Of a stretch of DNA of 64,000 nt, positions 55,761 to 64,000 are shown in pieces; within the stretch, counting starts at the first letter, position 1, and every line of letters begins with the position of its first letter. The stretch lies in the NCBI GenBank assembly GCA_964057225.1, contig OZ059895.1, forward strand, positions 11,222,001-11,286,000, in the 5' to 3' direction. This DNA comes from Auanema rhodensis. Its lineage: Eukaryota; Animalia; Nematoda. The position numbers were made by a program, and so were the translations under genes. The notes under the pieces are model-generated. The model saw only the letters and a program-made list of their open reading frames with translations. It did no database searches and was not told the origin of the DNA.

Positions 55761-58240
55761 GAAACATTGTTTAAACACTATACAACTGTGAAGCCTTTTT
55801 TAATTTCTTGTATTTGGAGCTCATAAGATTTGATATCATCGAGGGATCCAGATAGAACGTGAAAAATTACCTAACTAACATGAAATTGGAAACAACTATA
55901 ACGAGGATAAGTATGTGAATCATTGAATATCAGATATTTTCGCTTAGGACCATACCACGTTGAAAGTTCGCCATGCAGCTGATTTTCAATTTTAACTCTT
56001 TTGTAACAAATGTTTTCAATTTTCAAGCAGTTTTACTCAGATAGCTTAACCCAAGGCAGCAAATTATCTTCAATATTATTTCTATCTTACAGTTATAAAC
56101 CAATAGTTAATGAACCATCATCTTACCTTTACTGTTTCTATCTATTTCCTATCGAAAGCAACTTTGTTCAAACACTATACAACTGTGAAACCTTTTTTAA
56201 TTTCTTGTATTTGGAGCTCATAAGATTTGATATCATCGAGGGATCCAGATAGAACGTGGAAAATTACATAACTAACATGAAATTGGGAAAAAATTATAAC
56301 GAGGATAAGTATGTGAAACATTGAATATCAGATATTTTTGCTTACAACTATACCACGTTGTAAGTACGCCATGCCGCTGATTTTCAATTTTAACTCTTTT
56401 GTAACAAATGTTTTCAATTTTCAAGCAGTTTTACTTAGATAGCTCAACCCAAGGCAGCAATTTATCTTCAATATTATTTTTATCTTACAGTTATAAACCA
56501 ATAGTTAATGAACCATCATCTTACCTTTACTGTTTCTATCTATTTCCTATCGAAAGCAACTTTGTTCAAACACTATACAATTGTGAAACCTTTTTTAATT
56601 TCTTGTATTTGGAGCTCATAAGATTTGATATCATCGAGGGATCCAGATAGAACGTGGAAAATTACATAACTAACATGAAATTGAAAAAAACTATAACGAG
56701 GATAAGTATGCGAAACATTGAATATCAGATATTTTCGCTTAGGACCATACCACGTTGAAAGTACGCCATGCCGCTGATTTTCAATTTTAACTCTTCTGTA
56801 ACAAATGTTTTCAATTTCCAAGCAGTTTTACTTAGATAGCTCAACCCAAGGCAGCAAATTATCTTCAATATTATTTCTATCTTACAGTTATAAACCAATA
56901 GTTAATGAACCATCATCTTACCCTTACCGTTTCTATCTATTTCATATCGAAACCAACTTTGTTCAAAAACTATACAACTGTGAAACCTTTTTTAATTTCT
57001 TGTATTTGGAGCTCATAAGATTTGATATCATCGAGGGATCCAGATGCAACGTGGAAAATTACATAACTAACATGAAATTGAAAAAAACTATAACGAGGAT
57101 AAGTATGCGAAACATTGAATATCAGATATTTTCGCTTAGGACCATACCACGTTGAAAGTACGCCATGCCGCTGATTTTCAATTTTAACTCTTCTGTAACA
57201 AATGTTTTCAATTTTCAAGCAGTTTTACTTAGATAGCTCAACCCAAGGCAGCAAATTATCTTCAATCTTATTTCTATCTTACAGATATAAACCAGTAGTT
57301 AATGAACCATCATCTTACCTTTACTGTTTCTATCTATTTCCTATCGAAAGAAACATTGTTTAAACACTATACAACTGTGAAGCCTTTTTTAATTTCTTGT
57401 ATTTGGAGCTCATAAGATTTGATATCATCGAGGGATCCAGATAGAACGTGAAAAATTACGTAACTAACATGAAATTGGAAACAACTATAACGAGGTTAAG
57501 TATGTGAATCATTGAATATCAGATATTTTCGCTTAGGACCATACCACGTTGAAAGTTCGCCATGCAGCTGATTTTCAATTTTAACTCTTTTGTAACAAAT
57601 GTTTTCAATTTTCAAGCAGTTTTACTCAGATAGCTTAACCCAAGGCAGCAAATTATCTTCAATATTATTTCTATCTTACAGTTATAAACCAATAGTTAAT
57701 GAACCATCATCTTACCTTTACTGTTTCTATCTATTTCCTATCGAAAGCAACTTTGTTCAAACACTATACAACTGTGAAACCTTTTTTAATTTCTTGTATT
57801 TGGAGCTCATAAGATTTGATATCATCGAGGGATCCAGATAGAACGTGGAAAATTACATAACTAACATGAAATTGGGAAAAAATTATAACGAGGATAAGTA
57901 TGTGAAACATTGAATATCAGATATTTTTGCTCACAACTATACCACGTTGTAAGTACGCCATGCCGCTGATTTTCAATTTTAACTCTTTTGTAACAAATGT
58001 TTTCAATTTTCAAGCAGTTTTACTTAGATAGCTCAACCCAAGGCAGCAATTTATCTTCAATATTATTTTTATCTTACAGTTATAAACCAATAGTTAATGA
58101 ACCATCATCTTACCTTTACTGTTTCTATCTATTTCCTATCGAAAGCAACTTTGTTCAAACACTATACAATTGTGAAACCTTTTTTAATTTCTTGTATTTG
58201 GAGCTCATAAGATTTGATATCATCGAGGGATCCAGATAGA
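55200..58240. repeat. 4-monomer (1589 bp) period, ~2 copies
   Basis: ORFs 55216/56805, 56010/57599 and 56408/57997 step by 1589. ACAATTGTG and the hairpin haplotype (56341/57930) recur at +1589. Confidence 0.88.
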
Positions 58241-59434
58241 ACGTGAAAAATTACGTAACTAACATGAAATTGGAAAAAACTATAACTAGGATAAGTATGT
58301 GAATCATTGAATATCAGATATTTTCGCTTAGGACCATACCACGTTGAAAGTTCGCCATGCAGCTGATTTTCAATTTTAACTCTTTTGTAACAAATGTTTT
58401 CAATTTTCAAGCAGTTTTACTCAGATAGCTTAACCCAAGGCAGCAAATTATCTTTAATCTTATTTCTTCATTACAGTTATAAACCAGTAATTAATAAACC
58501 TTTATCTCAACTTCACTGTTTCTATCTATTTACTATCGAAAGCAACTTTGTTCAAAAACTATACAACTGTGAAACCTTTTTTAATTTCTTGTATTTGGAG
58601 CTCATAAGATTTGATATCATCGAGGGATCCAGATAGAACGTGGAAAATTACATAACTAACATGAAATTGAAAAAAACTATAATGAGGATAAGTATGCGAA
58701 ACATTGAATATCAGATATTTTCGCTTAGGACCATACCACGTTGAAAGTACGCCATGCCGCTGATTTTCAATTTTAACTCTTCTGTAACAAATGTTTTCAA
58801 TTTCCAAGCAGTTTTACTTAGATAGCTCAACCCAAGGCAGCAAATTATCTTCAATATTATTTCTATCTTACAGTTATAAACCAATAGTTAATGAACCATC
58901 ATCTTACCCTTACCGTTTCTATCTATTTCATATCGAAACCAACTTTGTTCAAAAACTATACAACTGTGAAACCTTTTTTAATTTCTTGTATTTGGAGCTC
59001 ATAAGATTTGATATCATTGAGGGATCCAGATAGAACGTGGAAAATTACATAACTAACATGAAATTGGGAAAAAATTATAACGAGGATAAGTATGTAAATC
59101 ATTGAATATCAGATATTTTCGCTTACGACCATACCACGTTGAAAGTACGCCATGCCGCTGATTTTCAATTTTAACTCTTCTGTAACAAATGTTTTCAATT
59201 TTCAAACAGTTTTACTTAGATAGCTCAACCCAAGGCAGCAATTTATCTTCAATCTTATTTCTATCTTACAGTTATAAACCATTAGTTAATGAACCATCAT
59301 CTTACCTTCACTGTTTCTATCTATTTTCTATCAAAAGAAACATTGTTTAAACATTATACAACTGTGAAGCCTTTTTTAATTTCTTGTATTTGGAGCTCAT
59401 AAGATTTGATATCATCGAGGGATCCAGATGCAAC

Positions 59435-62400
59435 GTGGAAAATTACATAACTAACATGAAATTGAAAAAAACTATAACGAGGATAAGTATGCGAAACATT
59501 GAATATCAGATATTTTCGCTTAGGACCATACCACGTTGAAAGTACGCCATGCCGCTGATTTTCAATTTTAACTCTTCTGTAACAAATGTTTTCAATTTTC
59601 AAGCAGTTTTACTTAGATAGCTCAACCCAAGGCAGCAAATTATCTTCAATCTTATTTCTATCTTACAGATATAAACCAGTAGTTAATGAACCATCATCTT
59701 ACCTTTACTGTTTCTATCTATTTCCTATCGAAAGAAACATTGTTTAAACACTATACAACTGTGAAGCCTTTTTTAATTTCTTGTATTTGGAGCTCATAAG
59801 ATTTGATATCATCGAGGGATCCAGATAGAACGTGAAAAATTACGTAACTAACATGAAATTGGAAACAACTATAACGAGGATAAGTATGTGAATCATTGAA
59901 TATCAGATATTTTCGCTTAGGACCATACCACGTTGAAAGTTCGCCATGCAGCTGATTTTCAATTTTAACTCTTTTGTAACAAATGTTTTCAATTTTCAAG
60001 CAGTTTTACTTAGATAGCTCAACCCAAGGCAGCAATTTATCTTCAATATTATTTTTATCTTACAGTTATAAACCAATAGTTAATGAACCATCATCTTACC
60101 TTCACTGTTTCTATCTATTTTCTATCAAAAGAAACATTGTTTAAACACTATACAACTGTGAAACCTTTTTTAATTTCTTGTATTTGGAGCTCAAAAGATT
60201 TGATATCATTGAGGGACCCAGATAGAACGTGGAAAATTACGTAACTAACATGAAATTGGAAAAAACTATAACGAGGAAAAGTATGTAAATCATTGAATAT
60301 CAGATATTTTCGCTTAGGACCATACCACGTTGAAAGTACGCCATGCCGCTGATTTTCAATTTTAACTCTTCTGTAACAAATGTTTTCAATTTTCAAGCAG
60401 TTTTACTTAGATAGCTCAACCCAAGGCAGCAAATTATCTTCAATCTTATTTCTATCTTACAGATATAAACCAGTAGTTAATGAACCATCATCTTACCTTT
60501 ACTGTTTCTATCTATTTCCTATCGAAAGAAACATTGTTTAAACACTATACAACTGTGAAGCCTTTTTTAATTTCTTGTATTTGGAGCTCATAAGATTTGA
60601 TATCATCGAGGGATCCAGATAGAACGTGAAAAATTACGTAACTAACATGAAATTGAAAACAACTATAACGAGGATAAGTATGTGAATCATTGAATATGAG
60701 ATATTTTCGCTTAGGACCATACCACGTTGAAAGTTCGCCATGCAGCTGATTTTCAATTTTAACTCTTTTGTAACAAATGTTTTCAATTTTCAAGCAGTTT
60801 TACTCAGATAGCTTAACCCAAGGCAGCAAATTATCTTCAATATTATTTCTATCTTACAGTTATAAACCAATAGTTAATGAACCATCATCTTACCTTTACT
60901 GTTTCTATCTATTTCCTATCGAAAGCAACTTTGTTCAAACACTATACAACTGTGAAACCTTTTTTAATTTCTTGTATTTGGAGCTCATAAGATTTGATAT
61001 CATCGAGGGATCCAGATAGAACGTGGAAAATTACATAACTAACATGAAATTGAAAAAAACTATAACGAGGATAAGTATGCGAAACATTGAATATCAGATA
61101 TTTTCGCTTAGGACCATACCACGTTGAAAGTACGCCATGCCGCTGATTTTCAATTTTAACTCTTCTGTAACAAATGTTTTCAATTTTCAAGCAGTTTTAC
61201 TTAGATAGCTCAACCCAAGGCAGCAAATTATCTTCAATCTTATTTCTATCTTACAGATATAAACCAGTAGTTAATGAACCATCATCTTACCTTTACTGTT
61301 TCTATCTATTTCCTATCGAAAGAAACATTGTTTAAACACTATACAACTGTGAAGCCTTTTTTAATTTCTTGTATTTGGAGCTCATAAGATTTGATATCAT
61401 CGAGGGATCCAGATAGAACGTGAAAAATTACGTAACTAACATGAAATTGGAAACAACTATAACGAGGATAAGTATGTGAATCATTGAATATCAGATATTT
61501 TCGCTTAGGACCATACCACGTTGAAAGTTCGCCATGCAGCTGATTTTCAATTTTAACTCTTTTGTAACAAATGTTTTCAATTTTCAAGCAGTTTTACTTA
61601 GATAGCTCAACCCAAGGCAGCAATTTATCTTCAATATTATTTTTATCTTACAGTTATAAACCAATAGTTAATGAACCATCATCTTACCTTCACTGTTTCT
61701 ATCTATTTTCTATCAAAAGAAACATTGTTTAAACACTATACAACTGTGAAACCTTTTTTAATTTCTTGTATTTGGAGCTCAAAAGATTTGATATCATTGA
61801 GGGACCCAGATAGAACGTGGAAAATTACGTAACTAACATGAAATTGGAAAAAACTATAACGAGGAAAAGTATGTAAATCATTGAATATCAGATATTTTCG
61901 CTTAGGACCATACCACGTTGAAAGTACGCCATGCCGCTGATTTTCAATTTTAACTCTTCTGTAACAAATGTTTTCAATTTTCAAGCAGTTTTACTTAGAT
62001 AGCTCAACCCAAGGCAGCAAATTATCTTCAATCTTATTTCTATCTTACAGATATAAACCAGTAGTTAATGAACCATCATCTTACCTTTACTGTTTCTATC
62101 TATTTCCTATCGAAAGAAACATTGTTTAAACACTATACAACTGTGAAGCCTTTTTTAATTTCTTGTATTTGGAGCTCATAAGATTTGATATCATCGAGGG
62201 ATCCAGATAGAACGTGAAAAATTACGTAACTAACATGAAATTGAAAACAACTATAACGAGGATAAGTATGTGAATCATTGAATATGAGATATTTTCGCTT
62301 AGGACCATACCACGTTGAAAGTTCGCCATGCAGCTGATTTTCAATTTTAACTCTTTTGTAACAAATGTTTTCAATTTTCAAGCAGTTTTACTCAGATAGC

Positions 62401-62640
62401 TTAACCCAAGGCAGCAAATTATCTTCAATATTATTTCTATCTTACAGTTATAAACCAATAGTTAATGAACCATCATCTTACCTTTACTGTTTCTATCTAT
62501 TTCCTATCGAAAGCAACTTTGTTCAAACACTATACAACTGTGAAACCTTTTTTAATTTCTTGTATTTGGAGCTCATAAGATTTGATATCATCGAGGGATC
62601 CAGATAGAACGTGGAAAATTACATAACTAACATGAAATTG
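59435..62640. repeat. 4-monomer (1588 bp) tandem higher-order repeat, 2 copies
   Basis: GAGGAAAAG, GAATATGAG and TTGAAAACAAC recur at +1588 (ORFs 59751/61339, 60148/61736, 60545/62133, 60777/62365). Confidence 0.9.
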
Positions 62641-64000
62641 GGAAAAAATTATAACGAGGATAAGTATGTGAAACATTGAAAATCAGAAATTTTTGCTTAC
62701 AACTATACCACGTTGTAAGTACGCCATGCCGCTGATTTTCAATTTTAACTCTTTTGTAACAAATGTTTTCAATTTTCAAGCAGTTTTACTTAGAGAGCTC
62801 AACCCAAGGCAGCAACTTATCTTCAATATTATTTCTATCTTACAGTTATAAACCAATAGTTAATGAACCATCATCTTACCTTTACTGTTTCTATCTATTT
62901 CCTATCGAAAGCAACTTTGTTCAAAAACTATACAACTGTGAAACCTTTTTTGATTTCTTGTATTTGGAGCTCATAAGATTTGATATCATCGAGGGATCCA
63001 GATAGAACGTGGAAAATTACATAACTAACATGAAATTGAAAAAAACTATAACGAGGATAAGTATGCGAAACATTGAATATCAGATATTTTCGCTTAGGAC
63101 CATACCACGTTGAAAGTACGCCATGCCGCTGATTTTCAATTTTAACTCTTCTGTAACAAATGTTTTCAATTTTCAAGCAGTTTTACTTAGATAGCTCAAC
63201 CCAAGGCAGCAAATTATCTTCAATCTTATTTCTATCTTACAGATATAAACCAGTAGTTAATGAACCATCATCTTACCTTTACTGTTTCTATCTATTTCCT
63301 ATCGAAAGCAACTTTGTTCAAACACTATACAACTGTGAAACCTTTTTTAATTTCTTGTATTTGGAGCTCATAAGATTTGATATCATCGAGGGATCCAGAT
63401 AGAACGTGGAAAATTACATAACTAACATGAAATTGGGAAAAAATTATAACGAGGATAAGTATGTGAAACATTGAATATCAGATATTTTTGCTTACAACTA
63501 TACCACGTTGTAAGTACGCCATGCCGCTGATTTTCAATTTTAACTCTTTTGTAACAAATGTTTTCAATTTTCAAGCAGTTTTACTTAGATAGCTCAACCC
63601 AAGGCAGCAATTTATCTTCAATATTATTTCTATCTTACAGTTATAAACCAATAGTTAATGAACCATCATCTTACCTTTACTGTTTCTATATATTTCCTAT
63701 CGAAAGCAACTTTGTTCAAAAACTATACAACTGTGAAACCTTTTTTGATTTCTTGTATTTGGAGCTCATAAGATTTGATATCATCGAGGGATCCAGATAG
63801 AACGTGGAAAATTACATAACTAACATGAAATTGAAAAAAACTATAACGAGGATAAGTATGTGAAACATAGAATATCAGATATTTTTGCTTACAACTATAC
63901 CACGTTGTAAGTACGCCATGCCGCTGATTTTCAATTTTAACTCTTTTGTAACAAATGTTTTCAATTTTCAAGCAGTTTTACTTAGATAGCTCAACCCAAG

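Larger units (their letters stand above)
1..64000. repeat. Tandem satellite DNA array, ~161 monomers of 397 bp, all in one orientation, running off both window edges
   Basis: The same unit (GGATCCAGATAGAACGTGG...GGAGCTCATAAGATTTGATATCATTGAG) recurs throughout. Equivalent ORF starts step by 397 bp (e.g. 2361, 2758, 3155, 3552, 3949), sometimes 398 or 402. No non-satellite sequence was seen. Confidence 0.99.

Noticed and set aside
113-63971. Recurrent 82-aa (minus strand, MKIENICY...) and 80-aa (plus strand, MFSIFKQF...) ORFs as a tandem gene family or toxin-antitoxin pair
   Set aside because: They overlap on opposite strands and are freely broken by stops and frameshifts. Variants are largely non-synonymous, and I recognise no domain. 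They are chance frames copied with the satellite.
1-64000. CRISPR array or other repeat-spacer system
   Set aside because: There are no unique spacers: the whole unit is repeated. No cas or other genes are present.
1-64000. Tandem 5S rRNA, tRNA, snRNA or spliced-leader gene cluster
   Set aside because: I found no recognisable 5S, tRNA cloverleaf, Pol III A/B box or SL sequence on either strand. An Rfam/Infernal scan would be the formal test.

Overview
The whole 64-kb window is one uninterrupted, single-orientation tandem satellite DNA array. It holds about 161 head-to-tail copies of a 397-bp monomer (hand count about 31% GC), with 398/399-bp and 402-bp length variants. It looks like eukaryotic heterochromatic or (peri)centromeric satellite DNA, but I cannot identify the family or organism from the sequence alone. 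I find no protein-coding genes, RNA genes, transposon insertions or CRISPR arrays. The ~250 short ORFs in the track are chance frames recurring once per monomer. The informative structure is the internal variation: (i) three sequence domains (~1-17.6 kb, ~18-37.5 kb, ~37.7-64 kb); (ii) a patchwork of local higher-order repeats (HORs) with periods of 15, 9, 6, 2, 7, 8 and 4 monomers; (iii) apparent gene-conversion patches; (iv) a domain-restricted 5-bp duplication; (v) a minority haplotype near both ends of the window whose linked substitutions make a perfect hairpin (CTTACAAC-N8-GTTGTAAG). I do not see a new gene system here. HOR boundaries are approximate, read by eye from diagnostic SNPs and ORF-track offsets.
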